From Alphaproteobacteria bacterium (GTDB lineage: Bacteria; Pseudomonadota; Alphaproteobacteria; Bin95): a stretch of 64,000 nucleotides of DNA. Numbering within the stretch: the stretch's first letter is position 1; each line of letters begins with the position of its first letter. The translations under genes were made by a program, and so were the position numbers. The notes under the pieces were generated by a model. That model had not been told where the DNA came from. It was given only the letters and a program-made list of their open reading frames with translations, and made no database searches. The DNA lies in the NCBI GenBank assembly GCA_965205265.1, contig CBDBGH010000003.1, positions 3,872,001-3,936,000 on the forward strand. The letters run 5' to 3'. Positions 1 to 9,201 of the stretch are shown here, in pieces.

Positions 1-2
1 CC

Positions 3-791
3 TCGCCCTCGGCCCGCATGGCGGACGACGTCACCGCCCGGGTGTACGAGCCCGCCGGGGCCGCCGACCCGCCGACCCTGATTTTCGGCCACGGCATCGG
101 CGTCGAGTTCGACCATTGGCGGGGCGTGGCGGACGAGGTCGAGGCCCTGGTCGCGATGGGCGTGAGGGTGGTGCGCCCGGAAGCGCCCTGGCACGGCCGC
201 CGCGCGCCGCCCGGCCGCTATGGCGGCGAGCAGTTCGTCGCGACGGCGCCCTGCGGGGCGTTCGACCATTTCACCGCCGCCGCGCGGGAATGGGCGGTGC
301 TGATCGACTGGTGCCGGCAGGCGGGCCGGGGACCGGTCGCCATCGGCGGCAGCAGCCTGGGCGCGATGACGGCGCAGATCGTCTCCGACCGCGCGCGCCT
401 CTGGCCGGAGCGGCTGCGGCCCGACGCGATGTTCCTGGTGACCCATTGCGGGCGCATCGAGGAGGCCATGCAGGGCAGGCTCGCGCGCGCCTGGGGCATC
501 GCGGAGGCCACGATGGCCGGGGGATGGACGCCGGAGAGGGCGCGCCGCTTCACGCCGCTGCTCGACCCGGTGGACGGGACGGCGGTCGCGCCGGAGAACA
601 TCGTGACCGTGCTCGGCGCCTATGACAGTGTCACGCCCTATGCCGGCGCGCGGGCGCTGATCGACCGCTGGGGCGTGCCGGCGCAGAACCGTTTCATCTG
701 GCGCCGGGGGCATTTCAGCGTGCCGCTCACCATGCTGCGCAACCCCGCCCCGCTCGCCCGCTTCCGTGAGGTCATGGCCCGCCTCGCCTGA
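3..791 (+). CDS. Alpha/beta hydrolase family protein (probably 5'-truncated by the window edge)
   Basis: GSSLG nucleophile elbow, HG oxyanion motif, C-terminal D...GH; frame is open to the window start. Confidence 0.7.
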   Translation, partial: SPSARMADDVTARVYEPAGAADPPTLIFGHGIGVEFDHWRGVADEVEALVAMGVRVVRPEAPWHGRRAPPGRYGGEQFVATAPCGAFDHFTAAAREWAVLIDWCRQAGRGPVAIGGSSLGAMTAQIVSDRARLWPERLRPDAMFLVTHCGRIEEAMQGRLARAWGIAEATMAGGWTPERARRFTPLLDPVDGTAVAPENIVTVLGAYDSVTPYAGARALIDRWGVPAQNRFIWRRGHFSVPLTMLRNPAPLARFREVMARLA

Positions 792-873
792 GCGGCGCCC
801 CTGCATTGCGGGCCGGCGGGGGAGGCGCTAAACAACCGGCGGAACGAACGCCTTTGGCAGGAGAGGGAAGACG

Positions 874-1545
874 ATGGGCGAGTGGATCGAGATTGCGGCG
901 GGCGGCGGCTTCAAGATGGACTGCTACACGGCCGCGCCGGCAGGCGCGCCGAAGGGCGGCATGCTGGTCATCCAGGAGATTTTCGGCGTCAACCAGCATA
1001 TCCGCGAGGTGGCGGACGGCTATGCGGCCGACGGCTATCTCGCCTGGGCGCCCTCGCTCTACGACCGGGCCGAGCGGCGCTTCGAATGCGGCTACACGCC
1101 GGAGGACATCGCGAAGGCGCGCGACATCATGGTCGCCTCGCCCTTCGACACGGCGGTCGGGGACATGGCTGCGGCGGTCGAGGGGCTCCGGGCCACGGGC
1201 GCGGGAAAGATCGGCTCGGTCGGCTATTGCTGGGGCGGGTCCTCCTCCTTCCTGGTCGCGACCCGCATCGGGGTGGATGCCAGCGTCTGCTACTATGGCG
1301 GGCAGATCGTCCGCTTCAAGGACGAGGCAGCGAAGAACCCCGTGCTGATGCATTTCGGCGAGCAGGACCACGGCATCCCGATGGACGATGTGGAGGCGAT
1401 CCGCGCCGCCCAGCCCGGGGCGGAGGTGCATATCTACCCCGCCGGCCACGGCTTCAATTGCGACCACCGCGCCGACTTCCACAACGAGTCGGCGACGCTC
1501 GCCCGCACCCGCAGCCTCGCCTTCTTCGCGCAGCATATGGGCTGA
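874..1545 (+). CDS. Dienelactone hydrolase family protein
   Basis: VIQEIFGVN, GYCWGG, AGHGFNCD motifs; GGAGAGGG RBS. Confidence 0.93.
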   Translation: MGEWIEIAAGGGFKMDCYTAAPAGAPKGGMLVIQEIFGVNQHIREVADGYAADGYLAWAPSLYDRAERRFECGYTPEDIAKARDIMVASPFDTAVGDMAAAVEGLRATGAGKIGSVGYCWGGSSSFLVATRIGVDASVCYYGGQIVRFKDEAAKNPVLMHFGEQDHGIPMDDVEAIRAAQPGAEVHIYPAGHGFNCDHRADFHNESATLARTRSLAFFAQHMG

Positions 1546-1624
1546 GCGCGCACGGCGGCCGGCCGTGACAGGGGTGCTGCGCGGGGATAGCATGCGCCCC
1601 GCGCAACCGAACGGAGCGGACGGG

Positions 1625-2203
1625 ATGAGCGCGGGCGCGGCCTTGCGCCGGAAGCGGCCGGCAAAGCGGGCGACCTACCGGGACGTACTCGACGCGCCGG
1701 CGCATATGGTGGCGGAGGTGGTCGAAGGCGCGCTGCATCTGCAACCGCGGCCGGCAGGGCGTCATACGCTGGCGGGGTCCTCCCTCGGCGTGGAAATCGG
1801 CGGCCCCTTCCAGAGGGGCCGGGGCGGGCCGGGCGGCTGGTGGATCCTCGACGAGCCGGAGCTTCATTTCGGCGAGGACATCCTGGTGCCGGACCTTGCC
1901 GGCTGGCGCCGCGAGCGGATGGCCGCGGTTCCCGACGACGCCTATTTCACCCTCGCGCCGGACTGGGTTTGCGAAATCCTGTCGCCCTCGACGCGGAAGC
2001 TGGACCTCGAAGGCAAGCGCCCGATCTACGCGCGGGAGGGGATCGCCCATCTCTGGCTCGTCGATCCGTCCGCCCGCACGCTGGAGGCGTTTTCGCTCGC
2101 AGACGGAGACCGGTCGCCGGCGGGTTCGGCCAGCGGGGCGGAGCCGGTGTCGCTGCCGCCCTTCGAGGCCGTTTCCTTCCCCCTCGACGCCCTCTGGCCC
2201 TGA
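1625..2203 (+). CDS. Uma2 family (DUF820) PD-(D/E)XK endonuclease
   Basis: ATYRDVLDAPAHMVAEVVEG, VPDLAGW, PDWVCEILSPST, LWLVDP; alternative start at 1592. Confidence 0.9.
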   Translation: MSAGAALRRKRPAKRATYRDVLDAPAHMVAEVVEGALHLQPRPAGRHTLAGSSLGVEIGGPFQRGRGGPGGWWILDEPELHFGEDILVPDLAGWRRERMAAVPDDAYFTLAPDWVCEILSPSTRKLDLEGKRPIYAREGIAHLWLVDPSARTLEAFSLADGDRSPAGSASGAEPVSLPPFEAVSFPLDALWP

Positions 2204-2229
2204 ACCGGGCGCCGCCGCCCGCAGCGCCG

Positions 2230-3456
2230 ATGCCGCATGTCGCCATGGTCATTCCCTCGTTGGCGGGCGGCGGGGCGGAGCGCACGGCGCTCAGGCTTGC
2301 GGGCGGGCTGGCGGCCAGGGGCCACGAGGTCGATATCGTGCTTTTCCAGCCGCATACCGCCTATCCCGGCGAGGTGCCGGAGGCGGCGCGGCTCCTCGTC
2401 CTGTGCGACCGGCGGACATGGGACCGGCGCAACCCGCAGGAGATGCCGGCGGGCGCGGCGTGGCGGGCGGAGCGGGCGCCGCTCCGGCAGGGTGCGCGGC
2501 TGGCGGCGGGCCTCGTCCGCGACTTCCCCGCCGCCGCGCCGTTGCTGCTCCGCCGCGCCGCGCTCGGCCGTGCGCTTCGCCTCGCCCGCTATGCGGCGCG
2601 CGAGCGGCCCGACATCCTGTTCGCCAACCTGCCCCAGGCGGAGCATGCCGCCTTCTACGCCGCCCGCCTCGCCGGCCCGGCCTTTCCTCCTGTCGTGCCG
2701 GTCGTGCGCAATATCGAGCCGCCCGGCAGCCGGCACACAAGGCGCCGCCGGCTGCTGTTCCCGGCGGCCGCCCATGTCGCGGCGGTCTCGGAGGGCGTGG
2801 CGGCGCATGTCGCGGCGGATGCCGGCGTGGAGGCAGCGCGGCTCTCGGTCATCTACAACCCGGCCGTGACGCCGGGCGCGCTCCGCCGCGCGGCGGAGCC
2901 GCCGGCCCATCCCTGGTTCGGCGACGGCGGCCCGCCCGTGCTGCTGGGCGTCGGCCGGCTCGCGCCGCAGAAGGATTTCCCGACCCTGATCGAGGCCTTC
3001 CGGCGCGTGGCGGCGGCGCGCCCCTGCCGGCTGCTCATCCTGGGCGAAGGCCCGATGCGCCCCGCGCTCGAAGGCCGGCTGCGGGCGCTCGGCCTGGAGG
3101 GGCGGGCGGCCCTGCCCGGCTGGGTGGAGAATCCTTACGCCTGCATGGCCCGCGCGGCGCTGTTCGTGCTTTCCTCGCGCCATGAGGGCTTTCCGGGCGC
3201 GCTGGTGGAGGCGCTGGCCTCGGGCTGTCCGGCGGTCTCGACCGACTGCCCGGCCGGCCCGGCGGAAATCCTGGAGGACCCGGCCCTGCTCGCCCCCGTC
3301 GGCGACGGGCAAGCGCTGGCCCGCGTCATGCTGCGCGCGCTCGCGGCGCCCGTCGACAGGCCGGCGCTGCGCGCGAAGGCGGCGCGCTTCTCGCTGGCGC
3401 GCGCCGTAGAGGGCTATGAGGCGGTCGTGGAGCGGGTGTTGCGGGCGCGGGGATGA
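2230..3456 (+). CDS. Glycosyltransferase family 4 (GT-B)
   Basis: SLAGGGAER, VGRLAPQKDF, SSRHEGFPGALVEALASG motifs; start set at MPHVAMVIPS. Confidence 0.92.
   Translation: MPHVAMVIPSLAGGGAERTALRLAGGLAARGHEVDIVLFQPHTAYPGEVPEAARLLVLCDRRTWDRRNPQEMPAGAAWRAERAPLRQGARLAAGLVRDFPAAAPLLLRRAALGRALRLARYAARERPDILFANLPQAEHAAFYAARLAGPAFPPVVPVVRNIEPPGSRHTRRRRLLFPAAAHVAAVSEGVAAHVAADAGVEAARLSVIYNPAVTPGALRRAAEPPAHPWFGDGGPPVLLGVGRLAPQKDFPTLIEAFRRVAAARPCRLLILGEGPMRPALEGRLRALGLEGRAALPGWVENPYACMARAALFVLSSRHEGFPGALVEALASGCPAVSTDCPAGPAEILEDPALLAPVGDGQALARVMLRALAAPVDRPALRAKAARFSLARAVEGYEAVVERVLRARG
3398..3451 (+). repeat. Direct repeat copy 1 (3' end of GT4 gene)
   Basis: 50/54 nt identical to 3915-3968. Confidence 0.9.
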
Positions 3457-3466
3457 GCCGGTCCGG

Positions 3467-3838
3467 TCACTCCGCCGGCTCTGCGGCCGGGTCGTTGCGG
3501 CGCATGATGTAGCGCTCCAGCAGATCGAGCTTGCCCCTGATGAAGCCGACCTCGACCCTGAGGGCAACGACCTCCTCCCGCACGGACGCAATCTCGCTTC
3601 CGAGGGAGTCGCGCACGGACGCAATCTCGCTTCCGAGGGAGTCGCGCACGGACGCGATCTCGCCGCGCACGGATGCGATTTCGCCCCTCAGCGTGTCCCG
3701 GACCTCCGCGACCTCGCCGCGCACGGACGCGATATCGGCGCGCAGCAAGCGGAACAGCGCCAGCGTCAGGCCGGCCATCGCCGCAAAGAAGGCGATGAAG
3801 CCGGCGAGAACGGGCCAGACCTGGAGAACGGCTTCCAT
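3467..3838 (-). CDS. Small membrane-anchored coiled-coil protein with 11-residue repeats (DUF1640/CCDC90-like architecture)
   Basis: N-terminal hydrophobic helix, then EIASVRDSLGS repeats (33-nt tandem units); GGGAG RBS. Confidence 0.75.
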   Translation of the reverse strand: MEAVLQVWPVLAGFIAFFAAMAGLTLALFRLLRADIASVRGEVAEVRDTLRGEIASVRGEIASVRDSLGSEIASVRDSLGSEIASVREEVVALRVEVGFIRGKLDLLERYIMRRNDPAAEPAE

Positions 3839-3914
3839 GACACTCCCGGAGAGAGGACAAGCGACTATCTCCGGCGGACTATACGCCTTCCTTCCGGCTC
3901 CGCAACGGCCGCGC

Positions 3915-3968
3915 CGCGCGCGGTGGCGGGCTATGAGCCGGTCGTGGAGCGGGTGTTGCGGGCGCGGG
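3915..3968 (+). repeat. Direct repeat copy 2 (orphan duplicate of GT4 3' end)
   Basis: Translates as RAVAGYEPVVERVLRAR versus RAVEGYEAVVERVLRAR in the gene. Confidence 0.9.
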
Positions 3969-4000
3969 CGGCGTGAGGCCGGCGGCGGCCTGCCATCGGA

Positions 4001-4681
4001 TCACTGCCAGTCGAGATCGACCCGCGGCCGCTCGATCCGCCTTGCCCGTTCCCGGAGAGCTTCGACGCGAGGCTTGTGACCGGGAATCCTTTTTTCGTGC
4101 GTCTCCGCGAAGATGTGGCCGATGCGGTTCAGGATGCCCGCATTGTCGAACAGCGCTTCGAGCAGATCGACCTCGGCGCCTTCGATATCGATCTTGAGTA
4201 TCCCGATATCCTCATCGAGATCATGCAGATAGCGAATGAAATCGATCTGCCGGACCATCAGGCTCTCCCGTTCGGCGACATTGTTCTTGTCGGCCACGAT
4301 GGAACTCGATTGCGAGTAACGATTGGGGTCCTTGTCGAAACGGGCGTGGCGATAGAGAAGAATTTTGTCATCGCTCGCGCCCGCCGCCGCGTTCTCGATC
4401 CTGACATTGTCGAGATCGGCAACATTGACCCGCAGCGCGGCGCAGGCCCACGGATCGGGTTCGAAGGCGATGATCTTCCCTGCCGCCGCCGCCATCTTTC
4501 TCGTATAGGCACCGACATTGGCGCCCAGGTCTATGCAGGTCATGCCCCTGGACAAGGCAAGCGCATCGGCGAGCCCGCTCGTCCGGCTCTTCAATATATG
4601 ATGCTTGCGCCCATAGTGCCGCCCGAGCACGCCCGGAAACCGGCGCAATACGCCGTATTTCAACCGCTTTCTTTCGTTCAC
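4001..4681 (-). CDS. FkbM family methyltransferase
   Basis: IDLGANVG, AFEPDP, ILKIDIEGAE motifs; GTG start uncertain. Confidence 0.9.
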   Translation of the reverse strand: MNERKRLKYGVLRRFPGVLGRHYGRKHHILKSRTSGLADALALSRGMTCIDLGANVGAYTRKMAAAAGKIIAFEPDPWACAALRVNVADLDNVRIENAAAGASDDKILLYRHARFDKDPNRYSQSSSIVADKNNVAERESLMVRQIDFIRYLHDLDEDIGILKIDIEGAEVDLLEALFDNAGILNRIGHIFAETHEKRIPGHKPRVEALRERARRIERPRVDLDWQ

Positions 4682-4830
4682 CCCCGATGCCCCCCTCGCC
4701 GGACATGCAATATTTCCGTCGTTGCGGAATCGACAGTCGGCCAAGGAACCTAAACGCATTCTGCGGGCCGGGGAAAGTACCGGACAACAGCGTTTCGCAC
4801 CGCCGTTCGAAACAGGGGAAGCTCCTGCCT

Positions 4831-5697
4831 TCAGCGGGGCAGGTTTCCGGAGCCGCGCGAGCCATAGGTTAAAATTCGGCCGCGCTCGCGCGTATGAACG
4901 ACAAAGCCGGCATCGCGCAGAAGTGTTTCACAGGCATCGCTCGTCCGGTTGCCTTGCCGTTCTGGACCGGTGTCGATGGCGATGCGCGCCGTCCGTCGGA
5001 GCAATTCCCGCCCGCCTTCGAGCACTTCCGGCTCCGCGCCTTCGGCATCGCATTTGAGGAAAGCCAGCCCGTCGATCCCGTACTCCTCGGCGATCCGGTC
5101 CAGCGTGGTAGCCTGGCGGCGTATCGCGCCTGTCGTGTTTTCGGGCCTGTCTGCACCGAAAATCGAACTGTCCGCCTGCGAGGCGGCGAGGCTGAAGGTC
5201 AGCTCTTCCTCCGCGCTCCAGACCAGCGCGTCGATCACAAACAAGGATTCCCGGCCTTCCAGGTTTCGCTTGAGACAGGCTAGGGCATCCGGGTCGGGCT
5301 CCACCGCATAAACGGTCCGCCCCTCGTTCAATGCCAACAGGGAGAACTCCCCGGTATGCGCACCGACATCGAGAACCGAACCCGTCGGCGGCTTGAGAGC
5401 GCTGAACAGATATTGCTCGTCGAGGCCCCGCAGCCGGCTTGCCAAGCCTCGCTTGTAGCGCCGCCAGCTTGCCGGCGAAACGCGCAGCACCGAACCGTCC
5501 GGGGCTGCAATCCGGCAGTAACCGTCCACTTCCAGCAGTTGCAACGGAACGCGCCGCTGATAGCCCACAGCTGCATAGAACCGGTGCCGCATGAATTTGA
5601 ACCGCTCGGCCGGCGGCAGCCCTCTGGTGTCCTTGCGGCCGGTCATGTATTCCCGCTCACCTTGCGTTCGCCCGACTGGAGAATTGCCTTGGCTCAT
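4831..5697 (-). CDS. FkbM family methyltransferase
   Basis: LDVGAHTG, AVEPDP, FLKCDAEGAEPEVLEG; start uncertain (5697 or 5646). Confidence 0.88.
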   Translation of the reverse strand: MSQGNSPVGRTQGEREYMTGRKDTRGLPPAERFKFMRHRFYAAVGYQRRVPLQLLEVDGYCRIAAPDGSVLRVSPASWRRYKRGLASRLRGLDEQYLFSALKPPTGSVLDVGAHTGEFSLLALNEGRTVYAVEPDPDALACLKRNLEGRESLFVIDALVWSAEEELTFSLAASQADSSIFGADRPENTTGAIRRQATTLDRIAEEYGIDGLAFLKCDAEGAEPEVLEGGRELLRRTARIAIDTGPERQGNRTSDACETLLRDAGFVVHTRERGRILTYGSRGSGNLPR

Positions 5698-5753
5698 ATC
5701 ACGACGCTTGTCCGGTGTCTTTGTCGTCGGCGCGTGAGTAAGCGATTCGCACA

Positions 5754-6656
5754 ATGAACCCCGTCCGGCTGGTCCCGAGGCGGTTGCTGCCGCGTAATGC
5801 GTGGGGCGACAGGGAATTTTGCCGGCGGCGTTTCGTGCGCAAGCAGGGGCGGCAGCCGAACCCGAGCAAGCCGGAGCGTCTGACGGACTATCTGTACAGG
5901 ATCAAGACGGACGGCTCGCTTCTGGACCCGTTCTGCCAGAACGTAACCGATAAGGAGTTCGTGAAGCTATATGTCGAGAGCACGGTCGGTCCCGGCTATG
6001 CACCCAAGGCTTACAAGGTTCTGAGAAGTGCCCACGACATAAGGGAGTTCGTTCCAGACCACATTCCCTGCGTGCTGAAGCCCACCCATCTGAGTGGACC
6101 GGTCCTCTTCCATACCGACCCTGATGAAGCACTGAACCGCAAGTTGCTTGTCGAATGGCTGCACAAGGAGCGGTACAGCAGCACGAGGGAAGGAAATTAC
6201 CGCCACCTAAAACCGAAGATAATTATCGAAGAATTCGTTTCTGACGATGGTGTATCCGTGCCAAAAGACTACAAGTTATTCTGTTTTCATGGTGCCCCGA
6301 AAATGATCCAAGTCGACTCTGATCGGTTTGGAGATCACACGCGGAACTTCTATGACATCGGTTGGAATAGATTGCCTGTAACCTACCGATACCCGGGTGG
6401 ACCTGTAGACGATAAACCTCCACTGTTAGAAGAAATGATGAGAGTCGCCAGGCGATTAGCTTCTCAGTTTTCCTTCGTTCGTGTTGACCTCTACGCGAGC
6501 CAGACTAGGGTTCTCGTAGGAGAATTGACATTCTGCCCAGAAGGCGCAAATGCTCCGGTATTACCGACCGCCGCCGACATCGAATTCGCAAAGCTTTTCG
6601 ACCCGGATTACCGGCTCGATGCGAGGGCCTGCGCGGCGGCGTGGGCGCAGGACTGA
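5754..6656 (+). CDS. TupA-like ATP-grasp amidoligase (surface polysaccharide modification)
   Basis: DKEFVKLYV, VLKPTHLSG, KIIIEEF, DYKLFCFHG, FVRVDLY, GELTFCP. Confidence 0.88.
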   Translation: MNPVRLVPRRLLPRNAWGDREFCRRRFVRKQGRQPNPSKPERLTDYLYRIKTDGSLLDPFCQNVTDKEFVKLYVESTVGPGYAPKAYKVLRSAHDIREFVPDHIPCVLKPTHLSGPVLFHTDPDEALNRKLLVEWLHKERYSSTREGNYRHLKPKIIIEEFVSDDGVSVPKDYKLFCFHGAPKMIQVDSDRFGDHTRNFYDIGWNRLPVTYRYPGGPVDDKPPLLEEMMRVARRLASQFSFVRVDLYASQTRVLVGELTFCPEGANAPVLPTAADIEFAKLFDPDYRLDARACAAAWAQD

Positions 6657-7029
6657 TCTTCCGCGAACGCCAGCCTCGGGCAGCTCTGTTTTGCCCGTCC
6701 GAATCCATGCGCAAAACTTATACGCCCGGCAAGAAAACGGTATTGGACCCAATGCCATGCCTTTGTGACATTGCGCCCGTGCGGTCCTGAACGGGTCCGC
6801 GCCTGGCAGGCGGCAGGGCCGGCGGCGTGGCGGCGGAAACCGGGACGGGGCGCACCGGGGATGCCGAAGCATGGCGGCGGCGCCGCACGGCCCGGACGGT
6901 TTTCGCGCTCGCCGCCGGTCCGGAACCGGCCCGCCGCCCGGCATCCCCCGCCGGTAGCGGTTTCCTCCCCCCGTTGCCCGGCAGCGCAGCCGGCGGGCTC
7001 CCCACCCGCCGGCTGCCTATCTTCGCGCG

Positions 7030-7920
7030 GGGGCGGAAATAAGAACAATAATGATAATTTTCTGTATTCAGACTTGAAATACCAGCAGGCCGTCGCCAGA
7101 TTGGGGCCGGTGGAACGGAGGCGGCAGTCCGGATGCCGCCCCGTTTCGCGCCGGCGCGAAAAGACCCCGACCGGGCGGACAGGAGAGGTGCGCCCGGCGC
7201 CCGGCCTGTCGCCCGCGGGCGCAGGCACGGGCAATCAGGCGCGCAAACCGCGCCGCCGCGAAACGCGCGCCCGCGGGCGCGGGCGCCCGCGCGCGTTACG
7301 CGCGAATCAGGGTCCCGCCGCAGGAGGCAACCTGGCGGCGGGGAGGAGGGAACGGAGTGGAACGAAATGCGATGAAGGAACGATGTGCAGCATTCCTCAT
7401 CCGTCACCCCGGCTCGGAGGCCGGGGTAACCCCCGCTTTCGCGAGGGCCGGCGGGGCGCGGAACGCGGCTTGCCGGCGGGAGGGGAGACAGCGGGGCCTT
7501 CCTCATGCCCGAAAGGGTAGGCGCCTATGCGCCGCCCGCATGGAGATCATGACATCGCATGACAGACCATGACAGTTCACGACGCCCCGATGGGGATGCC
7601 GCCTCCACGCAGGCCCCTCTCCTCCAGGGAGAAGATCGGGTGAGGGCCTGCATGCGCGCCGGCGGAAGCGGCGGCGCCAACGCCGCCATTCGTATCGTTC
7701 GCCGCGTTCGGCGCGGCAGTGGGCGAAGCCCGGGAAACGCCTGTCGCGCGGAGAGGGCCCCCTCCCGGCCTTCCCTGCAAGCGGGAGAGGGGGAGAAAGG
7801 AGCAGGCGAAGGAGGGGGATTCGAGAAAGGACGGGCCCCATGCCCGAATTGGCTACTGCCTATGCGTCGCCCGCATGGAGATCATGACATCGCATGACAG
7901 ACCGTGACATGTCATGACGC
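7030..7920 (+). repeat. Dispersed element copy A: promoter-like segment, conserved leader and two phased CATGACA arrays
   Basis: 7225-7274 is 47/50 identical to 62685-62734; ~80-bp direct repeats at 7504-7585 and 7839-7920; CATGACA-like motifs every 10 bp. Confidence 0.75.
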
Positions 7921-9201
7921 GCCCGGCAGGCCCTCCGGCTTCGGCCCGCCCGTCGCCCAGTCGAGAAGCTGGGCGGTGTGGAGGACGGGGAGGCTCGTCG
8001 CGCCGGCGATCTGGACCATGCAGCCGATATTGCCGGCGGCGACGGCGTCCGGGCGCGTGCTCTCGATATGCGCCGCCTTGCGTGCGCCGAGCCGCCCCGC
8101 CAGCTCCGGCTGCAGCAGGTTGTAGGTGCCGGCGGACCCGCAGCAGATATGGCCCTCCGGCACGGCAAGCGGCGCGAAGCCCGCCGCCTCCAGCAGGCGC
8201 ACCGGCAGGTCCGCGATCTTCTGCCCGTGCTGCATCGAGCAGGCCGAGTGGTAGGCGATGCGCAGCTTCGGGGCCGTTCCCCGGGCGCGCGCCGCGAAGC
8301 CGAGCTCGTCCAGCACTTCGGTGAGGTCGCGCGTGCGCGCGGAGACCCGGGCGGCGTTCTCCGCCAGCGCCGGGTCGCCCCGCAGCATGTAGCCGTAGTC
8401 CTTGACCTGCGTGCCGCAGCCGGAGGCATTGACGACGATGCGGTCCGGCCGGGCGCTGAGCCAGGCGCGGACATTGGCCGCCGCCGCGCGCCTGCCGTCT
8501 TCGGCCCGCCCCATATGGTGGACCAGCGCCCCGCAGCAGCCCACCCCCTCCGCCACCACCACCTCCGCGCCGAAGCGCGTCAGCAGGCGCACCGTCGCCT
8601 CGTTGATGGCGGGGTCGAGCACCGTCTGCGCGCAGCCCGTCAGCAGCGCCACGCGCAGTCGCCTCTCCCCCTCGGCCGGGAAGGTCTGCGGGCGGTCCGC
8701 GGGCGAGGGCGTCGGCAGGCGGCGGGGCGCCATGCCCGCCATCGCGCCGAGCCGGCCCGGCAGCAAGCGGGCGAAGGGCTTCGCCGCCATCGCGCCGAGC
8801 AGGGCCCAGCGGAAGAGCGCCGGGCGCGGCAGCACGAAGGCGAGCCACCGGCGCAGCCAGCGCTCCGGCAGCGGGCGGGCGAAGGTCCGCTCGATATGGG
8901 CGCGCGCATGGTCCACCAGATGCATGTAGTTCACGCCCGAGGGGCAGGTGGTCATGCAGGAGAGGCAGGACAGGCAGCGGTCGATATGGCGCACCGTCAG
9001 CGCGTCGGCCGCCCGGTCGTTCTCCAGCATGTCCTTGATGAGGTAAATGCGCCCGCGCGGACTGTCGAGCTCGTCGCCGAGCAGCTTGAAGGTCGGGCAG
9101 GTGGCGGTGCAGAAGCCGCAATGCACGCAGCGCCGGAGGATCTGCTCGGAGGCCGCGACATCGGGATCGGCAAGCTGCGCCAGGCTGAAATTCGTCTGCA
9201 T
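7912..9201 (-). CDS. glcF: Glycolate oxidase iron-sulfur subunit
   Basis: MQTNFSLAQLADP start, CVHCGFCTATCP, CLSCLSCMTTCP, CCG domains. Confidence 0.95.
   Translation of the reverse strand: MQTNFSLAQLADPDVAASEQILRRCVHCGFCTATCPTFKLLGDELDSPRGRIYLIKDMLENDRAADALTVRHIDRCLSCLSCMTTCPSGVNYMHLVDHARAHIERTFARPLPERWLRRWLAFVLPRPALFRWALLGAMAAKPFARLLPGRLGAMAGMAPRRLPTPSPADRPQTFPAEGERRLRVALLTGCAQTVLDPAINEATVRLLTRFGAEVVVAEGVGCCGALVHHMGRAEDGRRAAAANVRAWLSARPDRIVVNASGCGTQVKDYGYMLRGDPALAENAARVSARTRDLTEVLDELGFAARARGTAPKLRIAYHSACSMQHGQKIADLPVRLLEAAGFAPLAVPEGHICCGSAGTYNLLQPELAGRLGARKAAHIESTRPDAVAAGNIGCMVQIAGATSLPVLHTAQLLDWATGGPKPEGLPGAS

Noticed and set aside
1625-2203. Uma2 as part of a defence system
   Set aside because: Solitary gene with no methylase or other defence partner adjacent
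3398-3968. DGR template/variable repeat pair
   Set aside because: Two of the four mismatches are at non-adenine positions and there is no reverse transcriptase in the window
6660-7910. Several 60-260 aa ORFs in the intergenic region
   Set aside because: Arg/Pro/Gly-rich translations of repeat DNA with no recognisable motifs
7504-7920. CRISPR array
   Set aside because: Only two ~80-bp repeats with a ~255-bp spacer; no cas genes
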